DNA from: Octopus sinensis
Taxonomy: Eukaryota
Assembly: GCF_006345805.1 (NCBI RefSeq)
Contig: NC_043005.1
Coordinates: 83,080,001-83,144,000 of the forward strand
Direction: 5' to 3'
DNA length: 64,000 nucleotides
The notes beneath the pieces were generated by a model that was not told the origin of the DNA, did no database searches, and saw only the letters and a list, made by a program, of their open reading frames with translations. The position numbers and the translations under genes were made by a program. Positions within the stretch are counted from its first letter, which is position 1. Every line of letters starts with the position of its first letter. Shown here piece by piece: positions 38,626 through 52,232 of the stretch.

Positions 38626-39469
38626 TTTAATATCAATAAAACTAACTATTTACATTTTATTATTTCAGTATTTAATGTATTTTGCAAGAATTTTTTGTCT
38701 GAAAACGTGCATTGAAAACAATATTGTTATATTTGAAAGGATACATACTTAATAAAACCTATAAACACACTCACCGGTCGTTGCTTTGTTTATTAAATGT
38801 GTTTGTTGTTGCGATTGTTATTTATTTATCTATTTATGTACTTGTTTTTTAGTGTTTTTCTAAAGCTGTTGGGGTTGACGAGAGTGGTAGGAGAATTGTA
38901 ATTTATTTATTTTTTATTAACTCAACATTCGTCGACATTTTAGCGACGCTGCATCGAGGATTTCACTACTGAGCAACATCGTTAAGACGACGGCATATCT
39001 CCATTGATTTTTCACTTTGGAGTTTGTAATAATTCTTTGACAACATTTCTATAATTTCTAAAGAAAGGTCATCCAGTTGGTGTGCTTGGCCTTTATGAAA
39101 CTAATTTTTATTTTACTTTATTTTCAAAATGTTAAATCAAATATTTTTTTGTCATATAAACTGCAAAAGAATAAGAGAAATAAAACAAAATATATCTTAG
39201 TGAAGGTCATGGTTTCTTTCTATAAGCAGGAATTGATGCTGTGTTAGTGTCAGGAATATGGTAATTCCATTGAAAACTCTTCTTCAGCTTTATATTCAGA
39301 TTCCTATTAACATTTAGAATAAGATAATACAGCTTTCATCGGGATATTTTAAGTCACACGCGCGCGCACACACACACACACACCCAGACATACACATATA
39401 GGCACACACCAATACAGACACACAAGATTCTCAAACTCACAAACATACACTTACATTTAAGTATATTTC

Positions 39470-39502
<33 letters not shown>

Positions 39503-39592
39503 ATATATATATACATACACACATATATACACACACACACGCATATATACATATATATATATATAAAGAGAGAGAGAGATACTCATGCACAC

Positions 39593-39626
<34 letters not shown>

Positions 39627-39753
39627 TTATTTATTTATTTATATATTTATTTATTTATTTATTTATATATTATACAAATGTGTTTATACACATGCAGTCA
39701 GGTGGTGAGGCAGGCAAGCAGATACAAGACAGGCAGGCAGGCAGGTAGACAGT

Positions 39754-39856
<103 letters not shown>

Positions 39857-40929
39857 ACAAACAGACTTGGTACTTGAGTGTGTTTTTTTTCTTTTTGGCA
39901 TTTCAAATTTATCCAAAATATTACTATGACAGATCACATGGTGAAGTTATTTTCTGAAATGTTAAATATAGTTCATATTTCTTTATCGCATTAACTTTAG
40001 CAGCTGAAGACATATTATTGCACTTAGTAGCATTGGTGGAAAGATGTCATCCTTTTGGTATTGTTTCTTAGCTGTAATGAACACTTTCACGCCTCAAAAC
40101 AAAATAAAATATTTCTATTCTATCTGCATCATGGATTGCGAAAACGAACAAATATCAAAGCCATGAATGTCTTGTGAATTTAGAGTTTATACTACATAGT
40201 TGTTATTATTCTTATTAAATGTCATGACTTTTTCACCTATAGGCCTCATAACATTGATACTATGTTCCGCCAGAACATATTTTCTGAATACTGCGTCCAA
40301 TAGCATAAAGACAAAGATAAAAAGGAAATATTGTTCAGTTATTTGTGAGCTTTGCTCTACTTCTAAAGAGCACTACAGGATATTTCACTGCACTTACTTC
40401 GCATATATACAATGTGTGGGTATAATGCGTGCGTGTGCGTGTGTGTGTGTGTGCGTGTGTGTGTTTGTGTGTGTGTTTATTTTGGTGTTTGGATGTATAC
40501 AGGAGTGGCAGTTTTTAATTATCCGTAATGCACTTAGGAAAATCAGTTGCACGTGAATCTCCTGATGTGGTCTCCCTCTAAGTATTACCCAGATACTTTT
40601 GACCTTGAATCATAATGTTGTTTTTATTATATTAACTCTGGTCATTCAGTTTTCTGTTTGAGGCAAAGAAGGGCAAATTTTAGTGAACTATTCTCTATTG
40701 GCTGAATATATATCAAGGATTAAAGGCATTGAAGGCCCTCAGCACAGTGTGAGAAAACTTGTCTCTACCAATTGTCTATGAATAGATTGACAGCCAGCCG
40801 TCGCCTGTGAAAGGCTGTGGTTTGGTAACATCTTGTCGCTAATTCCTTTAGGTGCATATACAGTCGCGAACAGCCCTCCCGCCCTTTCACCCAGTGGTAC
40901 ACACAGTATATGTCATCTGGAAGGAGAGA

Positions 40930-41065
40930 GAGCTGCAATAGTATTCATTTTTAGCAAAGTAGAATCAAACAAGATGAAATAAAGTATCTCGATCAAGGAA
41001 ACAATGCGTCGCCAGACCCAGGAATTGAACCCATGACATCATGTTCGTGAACTGTACACCCTAAT
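40930..41065 (-). mobile_element. SINE fragment (same body as 44321-44623)
   Basis: TGAAATAAAGTATCTCGATCAAGGAAACAATGCG...GGAATTGAACCC. Confidence 0.6.
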
Positions 41066-41367
41066 TTCGCACGAATGGACTGAAAAATAGTTACATCAAG
41101 AATATGAAGCCCAACCATGCCATATGTTGATGACATTAAACGTGTCCGTGATATGAACAGATATGGGTGACTATTGTTGCGTATTAACCATTGTTCTGCC
41201 GATAATATCATTCACAACAGGATCCCAAAACAACACAAAATCGTTTTGAAATCAGCCACGAAGTTTTGGATAGCTATAGTTACAAAGATGACACCTTGGA
41301 AAAGGCAACCTTTTGTAAGTGCAGAATCAGATACTTAATAACCTACCCCTCTGTATATCTACACCTA

Positions 41368-42350
41368 CGAGTGTTCTACCCGAAAGTAATGCAAAAGTGA
41401 ACATAATTTTCTTAATTGACATAAGTTGATCAAACTGGATATATTGGCAGAGTAAGTCTTCCTCTATAAAAGGTATGATTCAACATAGTCTCTGCTATAA
41501 GTGATGCTTACGCGCCATCGTCGAACCCAACTCCTAAATCTTCTTTGAAAAATTCAGATGTGCTCTGTTGTACGCACTTCTTCAGACACTTTTGTCTCGT
41601 CTCTGTTGTCAAATTACTGCAAAGAATTTGCTTCAGTGAATTGAAGGGCACAAGATCGGAGGGAGTTCTGACAAGTTCAGTTTTCCGATTGCCTGATTTG
41701 TTGCCAAGAATGTGTGGTTAAGCATTGTCATGGTGAATGTGGATTGATTTCAGATTTTTGTTCAATCTCTTCCCCCTACTGACCTCTGTAAGCTTTTTGA
41801 GTGCCTCAATGTGTTACTCACTGTTCACAAATGCAGCAACGTACCAGGAGATCAAGGAAAATGACATCCTCGACATCTCCCAAACCGTCACCATGATTTC
41901 TGCGCAAATCACTGACTGTTGACCTTCTTAAGCCTTAGTCGGGGAAAAGGTGTGAACTGAGATTTTGCTTCCAGATCAAGAAGAAATGGTCATGTTTCAT
42001 CTCCTGTCACCAGATCAAAACATATGTATTCATTAGCTTCAAATGCTTCCAGCATATCGGAACTGACTTTCATCCTTCTCCAAATCTAGTGTCAATTGCC
42101 GAGGTACTCTCTTTGCACACACTTTCTTATACCCAGAGTCTTCCACCATCTTCTATAATACAATGTGACCAGTGTCCAGTTGGGCAACAAACTCACAGTT
42201 TGTGACTCATCTGTCCACGCTAATCAATTCAGCCACTCGCTGGTGGTTCGTATCTGTAGGCGCAGCTGATGGTCTCCAACTGCATGTTTTGTCTTCAATG
42301 AATGTGTCATCTTCTTTAAACTTCTTGATCTATCTGTGCACATTGCTCTT
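41368..42350 (-). mobile_element. Mariner transposon, old and heavily decayed, 5' end lost
   Basis: Minus-strand remnants GYKKVCAKRVPRQLT, LVTGDET, HHDNA and DYVE; a single TA-CGAG...GAAAGTAATGCA terminus at 41366-41392. Confidence 0.75.
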
Positions 42351-42374
42351 GTCGGTCGTATCATTTTTAACATA

Positions 42375-42485
42375 ATGAAATGCAAAGTTGACTTCGGTGT
42401 CATTTGAACTCAGAACAGAAAGAGTCGAAAGAAATGCTGCTAAACATTTTGTCTGATGCACTAACAATTTTGCCAGCTCGCCGCT
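42375..42485 (-). mobile_element. SINE family C, 5' part
   Basis: The reverse complement GCGGCGAGCTGGCAAAATTGTTAGTGC...GAGTTCAAATGAC matches the family C head. Confidence 0.75.
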
Positions 42486-42899
42486 TTAAATACCACTAAA
42501 ATAACGCGATGACCTTTGATCAACAGGATGAGGATGACATGTAAGTATACAACGACTACAACAACAGCACCACCACTACCAAACCAGCAGCAACTGAAGA
42601 TTACGAATGTCGATCAGCGTGATGATACATTTAATTTGGTAATATAATGACTGAGAAATCCACTACGCATTTCATCTTGCAGAAATAATAATTTTTTGGC
42701 AACTGACCAAGAAGATTTGGTATAGAAGAGAAAGGATTTGATTGGTACTTATTTTATATCGACCCACGTTGAATGAAAAGCTACAGGAATCCCGGCGAGA
42801 TTTCACTTTAGAATATAGATGGGTCTAACTTAGTATATTGGTCTTTTCTTCGGATTTCTACAGATTTCTATAATCAACATTTCACCATTCCGTTTTGAG

Positions 42900-43330
42900 T
42901 TGTCATCGTTGTCATTGCTAACGTTGTGATTGCTGTTGCTGATACTGCACTTGATGCTGCTGCTGATAGTGGTGGTGGTGGTGGTGGTGGTGGTGGTGGT
43001 GGTGTTACAGTTGTCTAGTTGTTGCCGTCGACATCGTAGTTGTTATTGTTCGTGGAAGTAATCACAGTGGTCATTCTGTTGCTGACGGTGGTGATGGTTG
43101 TGATGGGAATGCTGGTGGTGAGGCTGCTACTGCTACTGCTGGAGTGCTGGTGGTAGTGGTAATGCTAATGCCTGTACTTTTGCTGGTGCTAGTGCTGATA
43201 GTACTGGTGGTGGTGGTGGTGGTGGTGGTGGTGGTGGTGGTGGTGAAGGTGGTGGTGGTGGTGGTGGTGAAGGTGGTGGTGGTGGTGGTGGTGAAGGTGG
43301 TGGTGGTAACGTGGCGGTCATCGTCATCGT
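42900..43330. repeat. Compound (GGT)n/(GCT)n/(GTT)n trinucleotide repeat
   Basis: Seen directly; source of the poly-Pro and poly-Val ORFs. Confidence 0.9.
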
Positions 43331-44320
43331 CAAGTGTTGTTTAGCTTCCAAGTGATCTCTCAGAACTGACTTATGATCATCATATTTCATATACGACCAT
43401 CCTATCTAACGTGTTCACAATTTACCCAAGGACAACATTATCCGCAAATCTTTCTATTATTATTAACATGTTGTTTTAGTTGTTTTGCTTTTTGTTTTCC
43501 TCTGTTTGAAAGTATGGTTGTAATTTGACTCTTATTTCATGTAAGGGCGATGACAACGTCGAAGTAAACTTTACTTCAAGTAATAACGATTTATATCATT
43601 TAAATAATTGGTCGCATCACAAATTTGGTGTTTGATGGCAGGAGTGGATCAATTACATTGATCCTATGATTATTAACTAAAACTTATTTTATCGATTCCA
43701 AAGGGATCTAAAGCATAGACATAAACTCAAAATATAAAGAAGTGACATAACTAAATACATTGTGTTATTATGTCAGGCACTCAACTGATTTTATTAAGTA
43801 CTCCTTTTCTCCTTCACCAAATGATAAGGATACGGATTTAATGCGGGGGCTTTTATATCGTCCCATGATCCGTTATAAATAGCAACCAAATCACTCTCAA
43901 ATTACCCCCTAGTCTTCTAAAAAGTAAGAACATATTGGTTTCAAATTCTGGCACAAGTAATTTCGGAACAGGGGCTAAGTGGATAACCCCAGTGCTCAAC
44001 TGGTACTTATTTTATCGATACCAAAAGGATGAAAGGCAAAGTCGACCCCGGCGGCATTTGAAAATAGTAAGGACATATTTGGTAACGTAATTTTAAATAT
44101 ACATAAGGTATAGAAATAGTTGGAATTGACACGGTTGGAAGCCTTTGACTCATACGTCTCCTAGACCATGGTTCGATCGGATGATTTAGGTGGGGGTGGT
44201 AAACAACAACAATAATAATAATTTCTAAGAACTAGATCAGTTAAAGCATAGCAAATTAAACCTAACCCATTATTTGATTAAACATATCCCATTATTTGAT
44301 TAAATGCACACTAGTACTTT

Positions 44321-44623
44321 CGGCGCTCTATCGGTTACAACGATAAGGGCTGAAGTTCATCTGAGCAACAGAACATCCTGCCCATGAGAAGTCCACAGAC
44401 ACGCAAACCCTTAACGCAGTTCTCAAGGAAATTTAGCGTGGCACAGCATGTGACAAGGGGGACACTTTGAAATTTTGGTATAACTCACTTTTACCGACTG
44501 AGTGGAATAGAACAACGTGAAATAAAGTGTCTTGCTCAAGGACACAACGCGCCGCCGGGAATCGAACTCACAACCTTACGATTGTAAGCCAAATACCCTA
44601 ACTACTAAGCCATGCGCTTTCAC
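44321..44623 (-). mobile_element. SINE with a family A-type tail but a different head and body
   Basis: The tail (tcggttacaacgataaggg...ccacagacacgc...ccttaacgcagttctc) matches family A. The body is ...GTGAAATAAAGTGTCTTGCTCAAGGACACAAC...GGGAATCGAACTC. Confidence 0.7.
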
Positions 44624-45810
44624 AACGCACCCCACTATTTAATTAAACATACCCTATTGTTTGTTTTACCCAACCCTAGAATTTACTAAAACTTACTCTA
44701 GTGCTGCAGTAAAACCTCCCATATTTTACATTGTTGCTGGTATGACACAAGTAAAGTTAGGTAGATGGTAGCGGTGTCTTCATGTAGCTAATATGCTTAT
44801 TGCTTTGTTCTTAGTCGCCATCATGGTTTGGAGTGGTGTCTACTGTGCATTTTCTGTTGAAACGTTTGTCAGCCGGCAAAACGTGGGAAGGTCTTTGTCG
44901 TACCCTATATTTGATTACGATACTCCAGTTTTTAACTAAACGTATCCCAGCATTTGATTAAACCTGCGGCATTATTTTCTTAAACATAATTCAGATATCT
45001 TATTGCTTAAATTGTTCCCAATGCTTAATTAAATCTACCCCGGTATTTGATTAAACCTTAGTGTTTTAACAAAGCATACCTTAATATTTGATTAAATTTA
45101 CTCTTGTGTTTTACTAAATTTGTCCCAGTATTTCATTAAATCTACCCTATTGTTTTATTGAACATACCCAGATGTTGAGACACTCCAGTATGAATTAAAT
45201 CAACTTCAGTAATTGATGAAATTTACCTAAGTATTGGAGTAAACCTTCATCAGCATTTGCCTAAACATATCGCATACAGCTACTCCGGTATTTGATTAGA
45301 CATACATTATTTAATAAAACCTATTCTAATATTGATTCAAGGCCACTCCAATAATCATAATCATACCGTATTTTTTTTATTAAATATACCCCAATATTTA
45401 ATTAAACCTACACTAATATTTAATTCATTCTACCCTAATATTTGATTAAACCTGAAGTTTTATTTTATTAAACCTACCTTCGCATATGATTACACTTACC
45501 CCACAATTTCATTAAACATACCCAGGTGTCAAATTAAATTTACCATAGTATTTGATTAAACTTACGCCCAATGTTTAATGAAGCCCTTGTTTTCGATGAA
45601 ATCATCCTTAGTATTTGATTAGATATATTGCAATATTTAACTCAAACTACCTCAATATTGACTAAATCTATCTCAGTACTTGAGTTAACCTATCTTTATA
45701 TTTGATTAACCCTACCCAAGTATTTGCTAAAATGTACCCCAGTATTTATTTGAATCAATCTCAGTATTATTTCATTAAACCTTAAATGTACCCCAGTATT
45801 TTATCTAAGC

Positions 45811-46188
45811 TAGTGGTTCTCAACTAATGGCTTCTAGAGGTCCATATAAGATTTTGGTGGGGTTAACGCAAGTAAAATAGTAACCTGGTGGATGCACAGC
45901 AATATTTTAAGAATCATGGAAACATTTTCTTTTAAATGTATCTACTGCAAGGAACATCTAGATTCTTTCTCTAACATTTCACATAGTTTAACATGTTTCC
46001 AACCACTGAAACATGCTCTCTCAGAGGGTCTGTTGCAAACCTACACAAGTGGAGGTGTGAAAAACGAAATTGGAATCTTGAAAGAAGTATCTGTAAAACT
46101 ACCATGTAAACATCGAATGGCTGTAGGGGCCACTAGAATGAAATAGGAATCAAAGAAGTCCATTTGTGAAAATAGCTGAGAACCACTG
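45811..46188. mobile_element. hAT-type non-autonomous element (378 bp)
   Basis: TIRs (T/C)AGTGGTTCTCA(A/G)CT; 8-bp TSD ATCTAAGC (45803-45810) / ATCTAAAC (46189-46196). Confidence 0.85.
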
Positions 46189-46627
46189 ATCTAAACCGAT
46201 CTCTCTACGTCATTTAACCGAATAAACGTACGCTAGTATTTCTGTAAAACTACCCCAGATTTTATTTAAGCTCACCTCAGTATTTCATTGAACGAACAAC
46301 AATATTTGATAAAATCCTAGCCAGTATTCGTTTAATGTACCCCAGTATTTATTTAAACGTATTCTCAGTATCTCAGTATTTAATTAAACCAACAAATTAA
46401 TCCTACCCCAATATTCGATTAAACCTACCCCAATATTTAATTAAATGTACCTCAGTATTTGACCGGTTATTATTATATTTTATCGATCTCGAATGATATC
46501 AAAGATATAAAAGTTGCTCCCGGCGGGTTTTCAATTTAGCACATAAAAGAAAAATAATTAAGTACCGCTTGGCATTTTGTCCCAACAATCTACCGACTTC
46601 TACCATACACTACCTTCGTGGCTCATC

Positions 46628-46630
46628 ATC

Positions 46631-46689
<59 letters not shown>

Positions 46690-46742
46690 TAACAATAATA
46701 ACAATAATAACAATAACAATAATAATAATAATAATAATAATA

Positions 46743-46773
<31 letters not shown>

Positions 46774-46775
46774 GT
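46628..46775. repeat. (AAT)n/(AAC)n microsatellite
   Basis: Seen directly. Confidence 0.95.
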
Positions 46776-47689
46776 TATCTCAATAACGATGCTGAAAGTC
46801 TGTGATTTCATTATTGGTAACAGATTAACAATGACAGGCGTTAATGTGATTAACTCAGCTGCTAATAATGGCAATCTTTATTGGCAGCATCCATAACAGT
46901 AACGGAACCTGACGATACATTTCAACATGGTTTCCTGTTGTCCACATTATGTACAGCCATGTATCATCGTAATGTCAACATGAAAAGAACTTGTCTATCA
47001 GTAACAATAACAGTTAAGGGAAGGAGGCGACATTTTCAGTTATTCCCAATTACACTCGATATAGTTTTATGGCTATTATTGTGCTAATAACCATAAAACC
47101 ATAGAGAATGTCACCACAAATAACTGAAATATTTATTTCACCAATATTGATGTTAATATTTAATATTCATATCAAAAATAACCTCTCTTTATCTTGGGGG
47201 TTCAATCAACCAGTTCGGTCTTTATAACTATGGACAATAAGGGAGTCGTTTAAAGTGAGGTTGGTGCGGGATTGGAGGAACACATTTAATAAGAGGAATA
47301 ATACATGACGATCACTGATATTCGTAGACACGTACAATGAACTGGTAAAAGTGCAATGTGTCTGTGTGTTTGTGTGTGTGTGTGGTTGTGTGTGTGTATG
47401 GTTGTGTGTGTATGTGGACGTGCGCGCATCTGTTCCACTCTATTAGTCTCAGTTTTCTCATTTCCATTTTCTGCATAACGTTTGAAGCAGATTTCTCCCA
47501 CCGTTTTGAAGAGCTTTCATCATCATATATATATATATATATCACCGTGATCCGTGACCGACCAGGCCATCAGATGTTGTTAAACATCGCTGGTCACAAT
47601 GCGCTTCGCATTGTTTTAGCCTTCAAATGACGCCACCCCGCTGGCTAAGCGAGCAGGCCAATATATATATATATATATATATACATATA

Positions 47690-48042
47690 GGCGCAGGAGT
47701 GGCTGTGTGGTAAGTAGCTTGCTAACCAACCACACGGTTGCGGGTTCAGTCCCACTGCGTGGCATCTTGGGCAAGTGTCTTCTGCTATAGCCCCGGGCCG
47801 ACCAATGCCTTGTGAGTGGATTTGGTAGACGGAAACTGAAAGAAGCCTGTCGTATATATGTATATGTGTGTTTGTGTGTCTGTGTTTGTCCCCCTAGCAT
47901 TGCTTGACAACCGATGCTGGTGTGTTTATGTCCCCGTCACTTAGCGGTTCGGCAAAAAAGAGACCGATAGAATAAGTACTAAAAGGTGGTGCTCCAGCAT
48001 GGCCGCAGTAAAATGACTGAAACAAGTAAAAGAGTAAAAGAG
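47690..48042 (+). mobile_element. SINE family B, full length (best-preserved copy)
   Basis: tRNA-like head GGCGCAGGAGTGGCTGTGTGGTAAG...GGGTTCAGTCCC, internal (TG)n, CR1-like tail and terminal (AGTAAAAG)2. Confidence 0.88.
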
Positions 48043-48110
<68 letters not shown>

Positions 48111-48644
48111 TGTGTGTGTGTGTGTATATGTATGTATGCATGTATGTAGACGTGTATACACACACACACACACACACACATATCACGATATACGGATATG
48201 TTTGTTTGTATGTCCATATGTATATATGAATGTAAGTATATGGAATATGCGATTGATTATGTTTGCATGCATATATATACGAAAGTTCAGTATGGTTGTG
48301 AAGTTCTCTTTGCAGCCACGAGGTCCCGTGTTAGAAACCACTCCATGATATCTGAAGCAATTGATATTTTCTATAAGATCGTATCGAGTGAAGTTGGACA
48401 GAGGTAAACTATATAGAATCCTGTCAAGTGGATTGTACACTTAAGATGTAATTCAATATTACAGCGTTGTAACACGCTGATTCTGCCAAACATTTACGTT
48501 AAGAGTGCATGTCTTTGTAGATGACTCAGGCAAATTCAACGTTAACTCAGGAGTAATTCAGCTAATTCAGTGTATTTGAGAAAATACATCAGGATTCAGG
48601 ATTCAGTTGTTTTGCATACACACACACACACATGTATATATATC

Positions 48645-49025
48645 CTTTACCTCTTACTTATTTCAGTCGTTAGACTGCCGCCATTCTGGGACACCGCCTT
48701 GAAGAATTTTCGTCAAACGAATCGACTCCAGTACTTATTTTATCGATCTATTGTCGAACCGCTAAGTTACTGGGGCGTAAACACACTAGCATCAGTTGTT
48801 AAGCGGTGGTGGGGGACATGCTCAGACACAAAGACACACATGCACACACATAGATATAGATATACGACATGCTTCTTTCAGTTTCCATCTAACAAATCCA
48901 CTCACAAGGCCTTGGTCAGCCCGAGGATATAGTAGAAAATACGTGCCCAAGGTGCGACACAATGACACTGAACCCGGAGCCATATAGTTGGGAAGCAAAA
49001 ATCTTACCTCAGAGGCCCGCACCTG
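48645..49025 (-). mobile_element. SINE family B, full length, decayed
   Basis: Reverse-oriented homologue of 47690-48042. Confidence 0.8.
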
Positions 49026-49044
49026 TATATATATATATGTATAT

Positions 49045-49105
<61 letters not shown>

Positions 49106-49276
49106 AAAGTAAGAGAGTGACGCAAGGTCCAAGAGTTTAGTGTGTTGAAACTTATCAAATAAGTAATAGAGTTTTTTGAGCGGTTAATCATTTTCGGTAT
49201 GCAAATTAGGGACTCCTGCATAGAATAACTGATTTATTTCTTGAGTATATATAGAGTTTATAGAGCGGGCGAAATA

Positions 49277-49509
49277 CCTATTTCTTTACTACCCACACAG
49301 GGCTAAACACAGAGAGGACAAACAAGGACAGACAAACGGATTAAGTCGATTATATCAACCCCAGTGCATAACTAGTACTTATTTTATCGACCCCGTAAGA
49401 ATGAGAGGCAAAGAGGACCTCGGCGGAATTTGAACTCAGAACGTAACGGCAGACGAAATACCGCTAAGCATTTCGTCCAGCGTGCTAACGTTTCTGCCAG
49501 CTCGCCGCC
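49277..49509 (-). mobile_element. SINE family C, full length
   Basis: Minus strand GGCGGCGAGCTGGCAGAAACGTTAGCACG...GAGTTCAAATTCCGCC (A/B boxes), central GGGGTCGATAAAATAAGTAC segment, tail ...GTGGGTAGTAAAGAAATAGG. Confidence 0.88.
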
Positions 49510-49633
49510 TTACGACTAATTATAATAATGATTTCAAACTTTGACACAAGGCCAGGTAGTTCGAGGGAGGGAATAAGTTGATTACATCGACCCCGTTACT
49601 CCACTGGTACTTAATTTATCGTGCCTGAAATGA

Positions 49634-49693
<60 letters not shown>

Positions 49694-49941
49694 GATACAT
49701 ATGCATATATACACAAACATACATTTACACATGTAGAGATAAACACAGATACACAGATATATGTATATATGTATGTATGTACGTATGTACGTATGTATGT
49801 ATGTATGTATGTATGTATGTATGTATGTATTATGTATGCATGTATGTGTATATATAGGTGTGAGTGTGTGTGCGCGCGCGCCTATATATACCCAAAGATC
49901 CATACACACAGATACTTGCACACACAGATATACACAGATAT

Positions 49942-49974
<33 letters not shown>

Positions 49975-50618
49975 GGTTCGACCCCATTGCCTTAAATGAT
50001 CCTCCGAGTCCGGTATAATCGATGCTGTTGATACATTCGCCTTGAACTAAGTCAACGGCAGCAAGAAAAAAAAAGGATGAAAACTTTCCGAGGGTCGACC
50101 TTCTTTGAAGGAAATATAGATCGAATTGATTAAGGTGACGCGAAAACAAGCACGATAGTTACAGGTTGAAAATAACAAACACCAAGTACGATTTTATATT
50201 GTTTTTAAAACCTTCTCCTCACCTTATCTTTACCCTAACGTTGAAGCCTATGAACGATGGAAGGGACATAATTACAGGCTGAAGTAGTTGTTGCCCTTTG
50301 ATGAGTAATTTATTAAGGTTGACTTCAATTAGAATACTGCATGTGGAGGCGACGTTTCGACACGTTACGAACATGCTTTAACTACAGAACTCCATTTTCG
50401 ATTTATCTACAGGACAAGATGAGAAATGTATGATACTGAAATATTAACTTTAAAAATATAGGAAGTTTAAAAACAATCGAAATTCGTTTTAGGGTTCATA
50501 ACAGCCGCAAATATAAAATTACGCGAACACACAGACACAGAACATTCATAAGTATGAATGTGCAATCTATAAGAGTTTGTAGGACTGGCATCCTTTTAGA
50601 AGGTTTTATTTCTTTTCG

Positions 50619-50649
<31 letters not shown>

Positions 50650-50843
50650 TTGGATCTTTCACATTAAATCTGATTTTTTGCTTTTTTTTGTTTTTCGAAC
50701 GCATTAGTTAAAATACTAAGGACAGATTAAGCACATGCATATATTTGTGTGTGCGCGCGAGTGTATGCATTTATGTATGGGTACCTGTGTTAGTGTGTGT
50801 GTGTGTGTATTTGTATATGTGTGTGCATGTATATATATTGATA

Positions 50844-51295
50844 GGCGTAGCTGTGTGGTAAGAAGTTTTACTTTCCAGCCTCTTGGTTCCGGGTTCAATC
50901 TCATTGCGTGGCACCTGAGAAAATACTTTCTACTATAGCCGCGGACTAACCAAAGCCTTGTGAGTGAATTTGATAGACAGAAACTGAAAGAAGCCTGTCG
51001 TGCGTGCGTGCGTGCGTGCATGCGTGCGTGCGTGCGTGCATGCGTGCGTGCGTGCGTGCATGCGTGCGCGCGCGCGCGCGCGCGTGTGTGTGTGTTGTGT
51101 GTGTGTGTGTGTGGTGTGTGTGTGTGTGTCTGTGCGTGTGTGTGTGTGTGTGTGTTTAAGGATGTACTAGGCTTACAAAGTATGTACTACTGTCTACTAA
51201 GCTTACAAAGAATAAGTTCTGGGGTCGATTTCTGCGACTAAAAAGCCCGTTAAGGCGGTGCTCCAGCATGGTGCAGTCAAATGACTGAAGCAAGT
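50844..51295 (+). mobile_element. SINE family B with expanded internal (GCGT)n/(GT)n
   Basis: Head GGCGTAGCTGTGTGGTAAG, tail AAGGCGGTGCTCCAGCATGGTGCAGTCAAATGACTGAAGC. Confidence 0.8.
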
Positions 51296-51578
51296 TAGCT
51301 GTTTCTTTTTGTAAGTCTATCTCACAAGGGAAAGATCGTTTTAGTTTGCTGTGCCCGCTTCCCATAAATGTAATGAGGTTAGTGTTTTTGTGGCTTTCAG
51401 AGTTAATGTCTTGACTCTTATTTTTAACAATCGCTGGTGCTATTTTGCACCCTTTATCTATTAATTCCGTTTTGGTTTTTAATTACTAGCGAGCCACTCA
51501 TACTATGTGTTTAATATATCTTAATATATTAATCTATCATTCTAGTATCTTCTTCTATTGATAATATACACTCTAACC

Positions 51579-51650
51579 CAGCGTTTTTCAACTGGGGTTC
51601 CCCGGAGCGCTAGGGTTCCGCAAAAGGTTAAAAAGGGTTCCGCGAGAAAG
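51579..51650. mobile_element. hAT terminal fragment
   Basis: CAGCGTTTTTCAACTGGGGTTCC with repeated GGGTTCC(G) subterminal motifs; no partner end found. Confidence 0.55.
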
Positions 51651-51854
51651 GGTGAGATAAGCTGATGCTAATTTCATGATCGTAATATCTCTGTACACTC
51701 TATACATGCACAACATATTATTGGTTATTGTAATATTATAATATAGACAGCATCCTGTTTAACCTATTATGTTATCAAAAAGTATAACCATTAGGAAAAT
51801 AGTTAGTGATACCTGTAATTTATGGCCACTCTATATATATATATATATATATAT

Positions 51855-52157
51855 ATCACATGATCACGTGACCGACCAGACCATCAGATGTTGGTACACA
51901 TCGCTCGTTTCAATGCGTTCGCATTGTTTTAGCCTTCGAATGAAACCACCCCGCTGGCTAAGCGAGCAGGCCAACAGAAGAAAGTGTGAGAGAAAGAGTG
52001 GTGAAAGAGTACAGCAGGGATCACCATCCCTTGCCGGAGGCTCGTGGAGCTTTTAGGTGTTTTCGCTCAAGAAACACTCACAACGCCCGGTCTGGGAATC
52101 GAAACCGCGATCCGACGACCGCGAGTCCGCTGCCCTAACCACTGGGCCATTGCGCCT

Positions 52158-52160
<3 letters not shown>
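51855..52160 (-). mobile_element. SINE with family A head and an alternative tail
   Basis: Head TGGAGGCGCAATGGCCCAGTGGTTAGGGCAGCGGACTCGCG...GGTTTCGATTCCC; the tail is also present alone at about 47542-47660. Confidence 0.85.

Positions 52161-52232
<72 letters not shown>

Larger units (their letters stand above)
44250..46460. repeat. Degenerate minisatellite of about 22 bp (consensus near TTTGATTAAACCTACCCCAGTA)
   Basis: Dozens of diverged ATTAAA(C/T)NTACCC...TATTT units; interrupted by a SINE, an unrelated segment (about 44730-44900) and a hAT MITE. Confidence 0.75.

Noticed and set aside
43133-43390. Proline-rich ORF (extensin/formin-like)
   Set aside because: It is the reverse translation of a (GGT)n repeat; no splice-site or domain support.
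51855-52160. tRNA gene (also heads at 20640, 47690, 49509)
   Set aside because: A/B-box-like heads continue into SINE bodies and tails and do not close a cloverleaf acceptor stem that I could verify.
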